DNA of 64,000 nt, from the sequence record PQ471515.1. The stretch is one strand, 5' to 3'. Under the pieces are notes generated by a model. The model worked only from the letters and a program-made list of their open reading frames with translations. It searched no databases and had not been told where the DNA came from. Position 1 is the stretch's first letter. Every line of letters begins with the position of its first letter. The translations under genes and the position numbers were made by a program. Below, piece by piece: positions 35,704 to 44,773 of the stretch.

Positions 35704-36308
35704 ACATAGACCAATTAATGAAGTACAGTACAAATACAATTCCAGTGCTAAGTAAAGCATTAGATGCATTCAATGCTAAGTACCCTGAAGGTTCCGAGTT
35801 AAATATTCCTTTTACCACAGAAGGGATTGTTGATACGTACATTGTAAACATCAGTAGTACAGGTATTGTTTTGAAGCAAAAGTACGGCGAAAGTGAATAT
35901 TATGGATTGAAGCTGGATAATATTTCAGGAGAGAAGACACCTTATGAGTTTTGGGTTCCGAATAACATTGAGTCATGGAAAACAAATATTAATAAGAGAG
36001 ACGAAAGAAATTTACCTCTTGTACAAAATAATGAAAAAAGAATTGACGTATTTTATTATTACAGTACAGCCCAGTTTCCAGAAGAGATTTATTTAAATTC
36101 AGAGGTGCATGAAGATATTGAATCATTTTTCTTTCAGTTATCATTGGTACAGGATATCATGCCTGTGCAAATGTTCAGGGATGAAATAAATTTAGCGAAA
36201 GAGATTTCGGATATGTTACCTGAATTTAGTGTTCTTTATGGTAGTAGAGCTTTACCTGAAAATGTATACAAAGAATTTATTTCCATTGTTAAAGGGTTGA
36301 ATATATAA
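35700..36308 (+). CDS. family C, long type
   Basis: DIESFFFQLSLVQD. Confidence 0.85.
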   Translation: MNIDQLMKYSTNTIPVLSKALDAFNAKYPEGSELNIPFTTEGIVDTYIVNISSTGIVLKQKYGESEYYGLKLDNISGEKTPYEFWVPNNIESWKTNINKRDERNLPLVQNNEKRIDVFYYYSTAQFPEEIYLNSEVHEDIESFFFQLSLVQDIMPVQMFRDEINLAKEISDMLPEFSVLYGSRALPENVYKEFISIVKGLNI

Positions 36309-36309
36309 T

Positions 36310-36504
36310 ATGACCGCCTATGATATCAAACAAAGGCATACGAAGTTTGATTTGTTCACATACCAATTCCACAATGATATAGTGAATTTTAACATCAATG
36401 CGTCCTTGCATCCTACATCACAAGATGATTTTGACAACAGAGTGCTTAACATCGTGGTGCTTTTGTGTTATAATCATTTCAGTGAATATTTTAACGCCAA
36501 ATGA
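36310..36504 (+). CDS. small hypothetical protein
   Basis: ORF in operon. Confidence 0.65.
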   Translation: MTAYDIKQRHTKFDLFTYQFHNDIVNFNINASLHPTSQDDFDNRVLNIVVLLCYNHFSEYFNAK

Positions 36505-36520
36505 GGCAGATGAGGCACAC

Positions 36521-37039
36521 ATGTATCAGGCCAAGTACAATACATCATATGAGTATGGGCACAACATTTTGAAGATCATCAAAGCGTTAGAGGGTGGATT
36601 GCTTAGTCATAAGTACACCAGAGTAGGTGACAATTGGTTCAGAAATGATGATGAGTTCAGAAGTCATAAGATTGTTTACAGCAATAATTACAGTGCCAAT
36701 TACCTTCAGGATGTTGCTATGTGCTTCGAATACGTGTTACAGTTCAGGGGTTCCATCAGTCCTGAGCTAAGAGAACACATGTACATTCGATACCTACCAA
36801 TGCTTAAGGATGAGAAAACAATATTCAATTCAGTACATCAAAGAGTACGAGAGAGATCATTCAGGGATATTTTAGAAGATGAAGCTGCCTATTTTCAGCA
36901 ATCATTGATTGATGCTCCTGATGTGTTACAGATGCAGAATTTGTATAATGTATTAGATGCGAACATCGATACGGATATCTTTTTTTCCTTAAGTGATTAT
37001 GAAACATTTTTGGAAGATTTAAAGGAAATAGGATTATGA
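36521..37039 (+). CDS. family C, long type
   Basis: EDEAAYFQQSLID; start at MYQAKY. Confidence 0.85.
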   Translation: MYQAKYNTSYEYGHNILKIIKALEGGLLSHKYTRVGDNWFRNDDEFRSHKIVYSNNYSANYLQDVAMCFEYVLQFRGSISPELREHMYIRYLPMLKDEKTIFNSVHQRVRERSFRDILEDEAAYFQQSLIDAPDVLQMQNLYNVLDANIDTDIFFSLSDYETFLEDLKEIGL

Positions 37040-37380
37040 GTAGATTTTCAGTTTATATAGTAAACGTCAGTAAAGATGGTAGTTTAATTGAATTTGATGT
37101 AGTTGATGACAATGATAATTCATATTGTATTAAGGTACAGGACAATGATGTACAGTTCAGTACAAGGACAAATTTTGAGAATCCAGTCCAAGTTCCGAAT
37201 TTCATAGAAGATGAAGCTGCACGATTCCAATACGAAACGGCCTTTGATAATTTAGCGATGCATATTATTATGCAACAGAGTTTAGTTCAATTGCTTCAGG
37301 TATTCAGACAAAATATATATGTACATGAAGTGTCGATTAATGGTATTCAAAGTTCCGTTTTGTTCGGTACAAATATGTAA
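37036..37380 (+). CDS. family C, short type
   Basis: EDEAARFQYETAFD. Confidence 0.85.
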   Translation: MSRFSVYIVNVSKDGSLIEFDVVDDNDNSYCIKVQDNDVQFSTRTNFENPVQVPNFIEDEAARFQYETAFDNLAMHIIMQQSLVQLLQVFRQNIYVHEVSINGIQSSVLFGTNM

Positions 37381-37390
37381 GGAAAGTACA

Positions 37391-37945
37391 ATGAGTTCAA
37401 TGAGTTTATTAGATACATTAGAAAAAGACAGAAGTGCCATTAAGAGATTAAAAAATCTTGTCCAGAACATTGCGAACAACGCTGAGAAGTTCAGTGACAA
37501 TCTTAGTATAGGTGATATAACCAGTACAGGAATAAAATCCCTGAAGTCAGATTTATTAATTCATAAGGAAGATAAATTATTATTTGTATTGAGTTCAGAT
37601 TTAATGGTTGCAAGTAATGGTTTCAATTCGATATCAACACAAGATGGTAGTACAGGATTATATCTATCACAGGGTGTCCAGACGAACGATCAGAAGTGTT
37701 TTAGTTCAGGAGTACAGAATCCCTTTAAGTTCAGTACAGAACAAGCTACAGAGCTTTTAGATGCATCAGAAGAGATGTTATTTCAGTACAAAACGGTTCA
37801 TACAGATTTTGAATTACGATGCATGTACGCTGTTAAGCATTATGTTCAGGAGTTCGAGGATTTAAGTTATCTTTTAGTTCGAACGAATACAAAGAACATT
37901 GGTGCATTAGAAGATTACATTTCAAAAGTTGTTAAAGGGTGCTGA
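37391..37945 (+). CDS. family C, long type
   Basis: ASEEMLFQYKTVHT; start at MSSMSL. Confidence 0.85.
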   Translation: MSSMSLLDTLEKDRSAIKRLKNLVQNIANNAEKFSDNLSIGDITSTGIKSLKSDLLIHKEDKLLFVLSSDLMVASNGFNSISTQDGSTGLYLSQGVQTNDQKCFSSGVQNPFKFSTEQATELLDASEEMLFQYKTVHTDFELRCMYAVKHYVQEFEDLSYLLVRTNTKNIGALEDYISKVVKGC

Positions 37946-38106
37946 TGAAAGAATTATTTGAAGAACAGTTCGATACATATGTGGATAATATTCTTTATTC
38001 TAGTCGTGCTAGTCAACGAGGAAATCGTGCTTACAACATAGATTACCTATTAACGGTGCTGAGTTCACAGTACACCTACGCTGTGCAGAGGACATATTAT
38101 GGATAA
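37945..38106 (+). CDS. small hypothetical protein, 53 aa
   Basis: TGATG overlap; fills the operon gap. Confidence 0.55.
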   Translation: MKELFEEQFDTYVDNILYSSRASQRGNRAYNIDYLLTVLSSQYTYAVQRTYYG

Positions 38107-38302
38107 TTTTAGAGATGTTGCAAAGGAGAAGTTCAAGTGCAGTTTAGATTACGGTTTAAATGATTTTCTTACATGCACAATGTACAGGAATGATGATTAT
38201 GAGCAATCCGTAATTTCGTTGCACAGATATTTCGAAATAATTTATGCAAGATATCTTAGAAGGTTAGATGGGATAGGGGATTGGAATTATGATTACGTTT
38301 GA
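38099..38302 (+). CDS. small hypothetical protein
   Basis: GAGG RBS. Confidence 0.7.
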   Translation: MDNFRDVAKEKFKCSLDYGLNDFLTCTMYRNDDYEQSVISLHRYFEIIYARYLRRLDGIGDWNYDYV

Positions 38303-38504
38303 AGAGCCGGAAGTAGTATATTGCTATAGTGTGAAAGGTTTTGAATACATGATGGATTCGATTTTGAAGGATACATATTTGGTTCAGATTGCAGTTGCAG
38401 ATAATGCAGTACAACGAGTATTGAATATATACGAGAGGACGAGTCGAAGGCTTTGTGCAATGAAAAGGATTGAAGAAATCAAGCTTTCTAGGCTGAATAA
38501 ATAG
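38289..38504 (+). CDS. small hypothetical protein
   Basis: Overlapping ORF in operon. Confidence 0.7.
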   Translation: MITFEEPEVVYCYSVKGFEYMMDSILKDTYLVQIAVADNAVQRVLNIYERTSRRLCAMKRIEEIKLSRLNK

Positions 38505-38520
38505 AGACGTTTCATTTTCA

Positions 38521-38660
38521 CAGGCCGCTGGGGGGGGGTCAAAAAAATTTTCGCTGAAAAACATGTTAAGGTATATGTTTAATATAAAGTTTTAAAATGT
38601 GTTCACAGAGTACAGTTCATGTTTCCTGAAACAAAAAATACCCCGCCGCGAACGTTCTCC
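38521..38660. other. GC-rich intergenic element with a G9 run
   Basis: CAGGCCGCT-G9-TC-A7-TTTTCGCT at 38521 and AAAAAATACCCCGCCGCG at about 38633-38650. Confidence 0.6.
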
Positions 38661-38701
38661 TTATATTGGAGTTTACCTTATTAATTACAGTAGAGATTAA
38701 G

Positions 38702-39079
38702 ATGCAAATAAAATATAATGAATTTTGTATAGGGACATGGATGTACACGGGTGAGTTGATTACGTGTTGTAATTTGTACAAAGGTGATTTAAACTACACA
38801 AGGGGCAAGGTTATAAAGTTCTGGAATTCACAATTTTATTTAATGGATCTTGGTACTGGATTTAGTTGTAAAGCAACCGATATGCTGGACTATACCTTAA
38901 TGGATGATGCTGCACTATTTCAGGAGTCATTAGTATTTGACAAGAAGTACATCTGTACATTAGAAGAGATTGTTGAAATCCAGCGTAGAATTAAATGCAT
39001 TCACAGGGAATGTATAGATAAATGGTGTAAAACTGGTGAAACTAATTTTAGTAATCATTTCAATCTAGGGGAAGAGTGA
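38702..39079 (+). CDS. family C, short type (CNLxKGD subfamily)
   Basis: MDDAALFQESLVFD. Confidence 0.9.
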   Translation: MQIKYNEFCIGTWMYTGELITCCNLYKGDLNYTRGKVIKFWNSQFYLMDLGTGFSCKATDMLDYTLMDDAALFQESLVFDKKYICTLEEIVEIQRRIKCIHRECIDKWCKTGETNFSNHFNLGEE

Positions 39080-39240
39080 TGGAATTTGATTTTGTAATAT
39101 CAGTACATTCTTTTAAGAACAGTTTTCAGTACTTTTGTAATTTAAACAAAGGTGATTTGATTATGGATACAGATACAGAGGCTGTATACAGTTCTAATAT
39201 TCTGTACAAATTCAGTACTAATCTGAAGGAGATTTTATGA
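39079..39240 (+). pseudogene. truncated duplicate of the 39608 gene
   Basis: First ~83 nt differ from 39608 at about 5 positions, then diverges and lacks the FQ module. Confidence 0.7.
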
Positions 39241-39608
39241 AAAAAGAAATTAGAATTCAATTCGGTATGAGGAAAAAAGAGGTCATCTGTACACTGAATC
39301 ATGCGGTCGTGGAAAGCCTTGGTGGTGCATTACAAAAATTCTCCCATTTTGTTCTTGTACTATATGAAAATGGGTCTTTTAAAATCTTCACATATGATGA
39401 TTCAAAAAATTACCGTAATGATTTTGTAAATCTGACAGTACTGTCAGAAGAGGAATTCTTTCAGGAAAGTACTGTCTGGAATTTACCAGGAGCACCAATT
39501 GAATACGTCCGTGCTACACAGGCAGAAATGATCAAAGTAATGCAGAACTATCCAGAAGATTATATGACTAAGTTTCCTGAATCTATTTATGTAGAGGTTG
39601 AGTACTGA
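39237..39608 (+). CDS. family C, short type
   Basis: LSEEEFFQESTVWN. Confidence 0.9.
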   Translation: MKKEIRIQFGMRKKEVICTLNHAVVESLGGALQKFSHFVLVLYENGSFKIFTYDDSKNYRNDFVNLTVLSEEEFFQESTVWNLPGAPIEYVRATQAEMIKVMQNYPEDYMTKFPESIYVEVEY

Positions 39609-39964
39609 TGGAATTTGATTTTTTAATATCAGTACATACTTTCAAGCACAGTTATCAGTACTTTTGTAATTTAAACAAAGGTGATTTGATGCACAGTGCA
39701 AATGAGTATATTCATTTTACGGATGGTAAATTCACATTCATTGATTACAATTCATTACAGTATCCACATCAGGATATGCCGGATTATACAGTAATGGATG
39801 CCGCTGAACTATTTCAGGAGTCATTAGTATTTGATAAGAAGTACTTGTGTACATTTGAAGAAGTTATTGCAATACAAAATGAAATGAAAGAGTATGACTC
39901 TTTGAATAAAGGCAATGTCAGTATTAATCAAGAATACAAATTCAATATAGGAATACCAGAATGA
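39608..39964 (+). CDS. family C, short type (CNLxKGD subfamily)
   Basis: MDAAELFQESLVFD. Confidence 0.9.
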   Translation: MEFDFLISVHTFKHSYQYFCNLNKGDLMHSANEYIHFTDGKFTFIDYNSLQYPHQDMPDYTVMDAAELFQESLVFDKKYLCTFEEVIAIQNEMKEYDSLNKGNVSINQEYKFNIGIPE

Positions 39965-40326
39965 CATATGATTATTCAATGTACGTTTGTAAGTCCAGAA
40001 CGGGGTGGGATTTGTGCTGTAATCTTGTCAAGGGTGATTCGGAACATGAGTTGAGTTTATATATTCAGTACTCGGATTTGTGTTTTAATTTCATTGATGT
40101 ATTACATGATGACTTCGACTATAACTCTGAAAGTATTACAGATTATACAGTACTGGATGATGTTGAACTATTTCAAGCTTCTTTGGTGTTTGACAAGAAT
40201 AAGTACTCATGTACAATAGAAGATATGATTTTTATACAAAATGAAATGAAGAGATATGTTAAAGAAAACACCTTTGATACATCTACACCAACAACAAGTA
40301 ATTATTATTTCAATACAGGTGAGTAA
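39961..40326 (+). CDS. family C, short type (CNLxKGD subfamily)
   Basis: LDDVELFQASLVFD. Confidence 0.9.
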   Translation: MTYDYSMYVCKSRTGWDLCCNLVKGDSEHELSLYIQYSDLCFNFIDVLHDDFDYNSESITDYTVLDDVELFQASLVFDKNKYSCTIEDMIFIQNEMKRYVKENTFDTSTPTTSNYYFNTGE

Positions 40327-40327
40327 T

Positions 40328-40672
40328 ATGGAATATGATTTTTCTATGTTTATACCTAAGATTAGTACTTCACTGGAAGTGTATTGCAATCTTAACAAAG
40401 GTGATTATGAACACAAAATGGATCAGTACATTAAATTTAATGGTTCTTACTTTAGCTTCATTGATTATCAGGCCAAAGGAACAGTTGTAGAAAATATGAA
40501 AGACTATACAACTGTACAGGGTGAGGCTGAAATATTTCAAGAGTCATTAATATTTGACAAGAAGTACTTGTGTACACTAGAGGAAGTAATTGAACTCCAA
40601 CAGAAGATGAAAGAATATAGAAGAATCTGTATAGAGACTGATTCCAAAGATAGGTATCGTTTTAAGCTATGA
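40328..40672 (+). CDS. family C, short type (CNLxKGD subfamily)
   Basis: GEAEIFQESLIFD; start at MEYDFS. Confidence 0.9.
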   Translation: MEYDFSMFIPKISTSLEVYCNLNKGDYEHKMDQYIKFNGSYFSFIDYQAKGTVVENMKDYTTVQGEAEIFQESLIFDKKYLCTLEEVIELQQKMKEYRRICIETDSKDRYRFKL

Positions 40673-40854
40673 ATAAAAAAGAACAAATGGAATCATTCAT
40701 GAATACAATACTTCGACGATTCGTAATTGATATTAGACATAACAACAGCATTAGGAATGACATGTACTTCGGTACATATGATATTAGTGAATTGTATATA
40801 GCTAATATTCACATGGTGTACCGAGATTATATCAAGACACAACACAGGAGTTGA
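40669..40854 (+). CDS. small hypothetical protein
   Basis: ATGA overlap. Confidence 0.7.
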   Translation: MNKKEQMESFMNTILRRFVIDIRHNNSIRNDMYFGTYDISELYIANIHMVYRDYIKTQHRS

Positions 40855-40855
40855 T

Positions 40856-41326
40856 ATGAGTTTTTCAAGAGCATTAGAAATTGCTAAGTTAATTGATTTA
40901 TGTAAAAAGGAAATAGTACTCAATCAACTCAATGGGTATCTATTCAAGGAAGGTAAAGCTTATTGTCGAATGATATACGATGACAGTAGTGAGTACATTC
41001 ACATGTATGAAGAAAACTTAGATTCTTCTGAAACAACACTCAATGGGTGTGATGTTAATTTGGAAGATAATTACATGTACTTCTGTCGTGATGCTGATAT
41101 TTTAATACAAGATTCTGACATTATAACTGGTGCAGCAGAGCAACATCTCCCGTATTCAGTACTGGATAATGACTGGGGAAGTGAAGAGTTCTACTTCCAG
41201 CAGAATACTATCTACGAGGAAGATGTACTTGACAAGCTTGTCATTCTGTGGTACTTTAATAATACCGATTGTCCTAGCTTCTATCTGGACTTGGATCTAC
41301 TACGAGTTATTAAAGAGGATATATGA
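40856..41326 (+). CDS. family C, long type (MSLxxAL subfamily)
   Basis: WGSEEFYFQQNTIYE. Confidence 0.9.
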   Translation: MSFSRALEIAKLIDLCKKEIVLNQLNGYLFKEGKAYCRMIYDDSSEYIHMYEENLDSSETTLNGCDVNLEDNYMYFCRDADILIQDSDIITGAAEQHLPYSVLDNDWGSEEFYFQQNTIYEEDVLDKLVILWYFNNTDCPSFYLDLDLLRVIKEDI

Positions 41327-41763
41327 GTTTAGCAAGTGCACTTAAACTGGCACACAAAATACATCACTTCCACGATAACATAAAAAGTGGTTTCTATGGT
41401 GATAAAGTAAGTGCATTTGGTAATGAGTATTATCTATCAGGTATAAAGACATACTCTGATGATATTTTACTTATGGGCCATGATAAAGACAATACTATAC
41501 AGTACTCTTCATGTAGTCAATATACTAGTTTTTTTGTATATATTCCAGGTACTAAGATTACTTTTGACACATCAAATACACCTGTTGACTTCGGGGTACT
41601 TGATGGGCCGTGGGGTACTGAAGAGTATTACTTCCAACAGAGTCTTATTTTTAACCAAGAAATGCTTGATTCCTTGGTTGTTTTGTGGTACTTTAAGGAA
41701 TTGAATTTTGAACCCTTCTTCCTTGACTGGGGAGCATGTGAATATTTAAGTACAGGGGATTAG
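41323..41763 (+). CDS. family C, long type (MSLxxAL subfamily)
   Basis: WGTEEYYFQQSLIFN. Confidence 0.9.
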   Translation: MSLASALKLAHKIHHFHDNIKSGFYGDKVSAFGNEYYLSGIKTYSDDILLMGHDKDNTIQYSSCSQYTSFFVYIPGTKITFDTSNTPVDFGVLDGPWGTEEYYFQQSLIFNQEMLDSLVVLWYFKELNFEPFFLDWGACEYLSTGD

Positions 41764-41765
41764 TA

Positions 41766-42254
41766 ATGTCATTACAAAGTGCATTGAAAGAAGCAAAGAA
41801 GATTCATGAGTACATGATTATGGTACAAGAAGGTTCAGTGCCTGGTGTGTATAAAACATCTGATACTGAATTTTTTGTAAAAGACCGCGACGATTATGAT
41901 GAGTCAGAGATACATGCAGAAACGTTAGTACTACACACTGATACGGGTGATACTGATGACTGTGAATATCATATGTACAATCAATACATTAGTTATTGTA
42001 GAGATGAAGATATTATAATTTACAGCCCTGATTACGATGATTATGACACAATTATTCCGTATTCAGTACTGGAAGGTCCGTGGGACAGTGAGGAATATTA
42101 CTTCCAGAACAGTACTGTGTACAATGAAGAAGAATTAGATGTTATTGTAATTATGTGGTACTTTAAAAGTATTGGTTCTGGTAGTTTCTATTTCGATTAT
42201 GAATACGTAGAGAATACTGTAGGGGAAGATAATGTCATTACGAAGTGCTCTTGA
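41766..42254 (+). CDS. family C, long type, very acidic
   Basis: WDSEEYYFQNSTVYN. Confidence 0.9.
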   Translation: MSLQSALKEAKKIHEYMIMVQEGSVPGVYKTSDTEFFVKDRDDYDESEIHAETLVLHTDTGDTDDCEYHMYNQYISYCRDEDIIIYSPDYDDYDTIIPYSVLEGPWDSEEYYFQNSTVYNEEELDVIVIMWYFKSIGSGSFYFDYEYVENTVGEDNVITKCS

Positions 42255-42675
42255 TAAAGCAAAAGAACTACAGGCATATATTGAAGATATTAAGGCTGGG
42301 AAGTTCGAAGAAGTATACAAAGCCGAGAATGGTAACTACTACAAGGATTGTGATTTTGCTACAACTACAGTTATTCTTGGGTTGAATTCCAAAAGTCCCG
42401 CAGATTTTTCACAATACAATCCAGATGCAGAATTTATCAGTTATGCTTATGGTGGTGAAATCCGTTTTTATAATCGCAGCAGACCTTTAAAATTGAACTT
42501 TGAAGTACTGAAAGGTCCGTGGGATAGTGAAGAGTATTACTTTCAGAATAGTACTTTGTATGATAATGAAGTACTAGATACTTTAGTTATTATGTGGTAC
42601 TTTAAAAGTATTGATAGCACAAGATTTTATTTGGATTATGAATATGTACGTGAAGCATATAAGGGTAAACGATGA
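42232..42675 (+). CDS. family C, long type (MSLxxAL subfamily)
   Basis: WDSEEYYFQNSTLYD. Confidence 0.9.
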   Translation: MSLRSALDKAKELQAYIEDIKAGKFEEVYKAENGNYYKDCDFATTTVILGLNSKSPADFSQYNPDAEFISYAYGGEIRFYNRSRPLKLNFEVLKGPWDSEEYYFQNSTLYDNEVLDTLVIMWYFKSIDSTRFYLDYEYVREAYKGKR

Positions 42676-42986
42676 AATTCTTATACAGTATTCAGTACAT
42701 TCCTGGTACAATTAGTTTAATGTATTTCTTCGATCATGATAATTTCCAGCACCTTGCCGTTAGAAGATGTAATGAATCTTTAATGATTGAATATCTTCAC
42801 GATTGTGATTATATTCCTGACTTCCTTGAATGTGATTACAGAGATGATCATGAAACATTTCTTTTTCAGGAATCACTTATATGGGATAAGAGAATTAATT
42901 TTCATGCCTTAATTGAGATACAAAAACAAGTGAAGTACTACTGGGATTACTTAATTACCCAAGAATATATAGAGATTGAAATATAA
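42672..42986 (+). CDS. family C, short type
   Basis: DHETFLFQESLIWD. Confidence 0.9.
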   Translation: MKFLYSIQYIPGTISLMYFFDHDNFQHLAVRRCNESLMIEYLHDCDYIPDFLECDYRDDHETFLFQESLIWDKRINFHALIEIQKQVKYYWDYLITQEYIEIEI

Positions 42987-43429
42987 TGTACGAAAGTGAT
43001 CTTAAGCACGCTGAGGAATTAGTTAATATAGTAAAGTTCTTTCAAAATAATGTAAAGTACTTAGACTATAAAGGGGCATATATTAGTACTATAAGTGTTG
43101 GAACAGATATTCTAGGATTAGGTAATGAATATAAGTACGAGTCACATGATTATGATTTGGAATTCAAGTACTTCGTATGGGATTCTGGAACTTTCTATTC
43201 TATAGAGGAAGATGGCAAATATTTTGAATTCACAGAAGAAGAAGTACTATTTTTAAATTCAGAAGATGCTTACTTCCAGTACAGTACTATATACCCAAAT
43301 GGGGCGTTAAGAGCTTTAGTAGTTTTTAATGCATTCCTGAAAGAGAACTTTAATAATTCTATATTCATTGATTTAGATTATGTATATGAACTAAATCAGG
43401 TGATATATATGGAGTCCAGAAAAAAATGA
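42986..43429 (+). CDS. family C, long type
   Basis: NSEDAYFQYSTIYP. Confidence 0.9.
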   Translation: MYESDLKHAEELVNIVKFFQNNVKYLDYKGAYISTISVGTDILGLGNEYKYESHDYDLEFKYFVWDSGTFYSIEEDGKYFEFTEEEVLFLNSEDAYFQYSTIYPNGALRALVVFNAFLKENFNNSIFIDLDYVYELNQVIYMESRKK

Positions 43430-43872
43430 GTTACGAAAGTGCAATCAAGAAAGCAAATGATATTCTAAAAGTTGTTAAGTTCTTCAAAGAAAATCCTGAA
43501 TACGTAGATGATGAACGAAGAGAAGTTTCTAATGGTACGAAGATTACAATTGATTCTTTATTTGACACTAGCAACAACAACTGTAGTACTATTGAATTAG
43601 CATACGATTATATTTCATTGAACAGAAAATATGATGAAGTTACGATAGAGCGTCATGAGAATGAAGAATCTTTTAAAATTTCTGATATTTTATCTCTGAG
43701 TACAGAAGAAGGGTACTTCCAGGGAAGTACTGTTTATAATGAAGGAACACTAGACAATCTATGTACATTTAGTGTACTATATCAGAAGTCAGTATTGGAT
43801 ATATTTTATCTAGACACTGAAAAACTTGATAGGTTAGTTGATTTCGTTACTATAGAAGAGGCATCCGTTTGA
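43426..43872 (+). CDS. family C, long type
   Basis: STEEGYFQGSTVYN. Confidence 0.9.
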   Translation: MSYESAIKKANDILKVVKFFKENPEYVDDERREVSNGTKITIDSLFDTSNNNCSTIELAYDYISLNRKYDEVTIERHENEESFKISDILSLSTEEGYFQGSTVYNEGTLDNLCTFSVLYQKSVLDIFYLDTEKLDRLVDFVTIEEASV

Positions 43873-44405
43873 GAAAAATTAACATTAATGATTATGATGC
43901 ATTACAAGATTTATCAAAAAAGATTCGCACTATCGTACCAGTACTGAAGAAATGCAGTACTGGATTAATCGATCCTAGTACTGTTGTTAATGAGAAGTAC
44001 AATTTTCATTATGTATTACAGGGTACTGGGGCATTCCAGAAGTGTGAGGTGCGTGAGAAACACGTAATTGATACATCATTGTTTTCTATTGGTGCACCTA
44101 TGTCGAATAATACTATTTTCCTGGATGACGCAGGAAATATTCAACAATTAACATTTAAGAAAAGGAAAAAGAACAATAACATTGGTGTGTACGCGATGAA
44201 GTGGGGTCAACCTGATTTGAAGCGTGAAATTCACATCCCTAAGTACAATTACAATTCATTTGAAGAACAGTGCTTTCAACTATCTTGTACTGATCCTGAC
44301 TATGCTATTATTCAGTTCTATATGGAATTGCAGATTGCATTTAACAGTAATTTGTATATTAACTTATTGGCGATGAACATCGATGAAGTATTCAAAAACA
44401 TTTAA
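43869..44405 (+). CDS. family C, long type
   Basis: SFEEQCFQLSCTD; TTG start with GAGG RBS. Confidence 0.8.
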   Translation: MRKININDYDALQDLSKKIRTIVPVLKKCSTGLIDPSTVVNEKYNFHYVLQGTGAFQKCEVREKHVIDTSLFSIGAPMSNNTIFLDDAGNIQQLTFKKRKKNNNIGVYAMKWGQPDLKREIHIPKYNYNSFEEQCFQLSCTDPDYAIIQFYMELQIAFNSNLYINLLAMNIDEVFKNI

Positions 44406-44601
44406 TCGAATTGAATACATGAGAACTGTGAGTGCAGTGTGGGACATATGGTTCACTACTAAACCAAAAATGGATTACCATGACTTTAAGCTATTGTTCT
44501 TCGTTGGTTCTAATAAACAGGACGTTGCAATGAAGGGTTATATTGAGCACTTACAGGAACTAATACAGAAGAGGATTTATGAAAATAATAGACCAAAGTG
44601 A
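44383..44601 (+). CDS. family B paralog (outlier)
   Basis: FVGSNKQD. Confidence 0.8.
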   Translation: MKYSKTFNRIEYMRTVSAVWDIWFTTKPKMDYHDFKLLFFVGSNKQDVAMKGYIEHLQELIQKRIYENNRPK

Positions 44602-44773
44602 CATTGATAAACTCTTCGGTATATACTCTAAAAGAATGATGCAAATATCAGACTCATTTAGTACTGAATTCAAAGAGTTAAAAGTACTGATGTATTTGGG
44701 TACACAGTATCAGGAACAAGTTGTTAAAGAATATATTGATTCTTTACAGAAGGATATTCGTTATGTACAATGA
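44579..44773 (+). CDS. family B paralog (outlier)
   Basis: YLGTQYQE. Confidence 0.85.
   Translation: MKIIDQSDIDKLFGIYSKRMMQISDSFSTEFKELKVLMYLGTQYQEQVVKEYIDSLQKDIRYVQ

Larger units (their letters stand above)
30006..38792 (+). other. about 8.8 kb segment with no ACT trinucleotide on the + strand
   Basis: Line-by-line reading: last ACT at 30003, next at 38793; AGT, ACA, ACC and ACG are all common in between. Confidence 0.85.

Noticed and set aside
38521-38560. Resemblance of GGCCGC...TTTTCGCT to the lambda cos region
   Set aside because: Only an 8-bp match, no cosN symmetry or R-site repeats; insufficient to call a cos site.
30006-38792. ACT absence explained as avoidance of the Thr codon ACU (tRNA supply or anticodon nuclease)
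   Set aside because: ACT is also missing across codon boundaries (NAC-T, NNA-CT) and in intergenic DNA, so it is not a codon effect.
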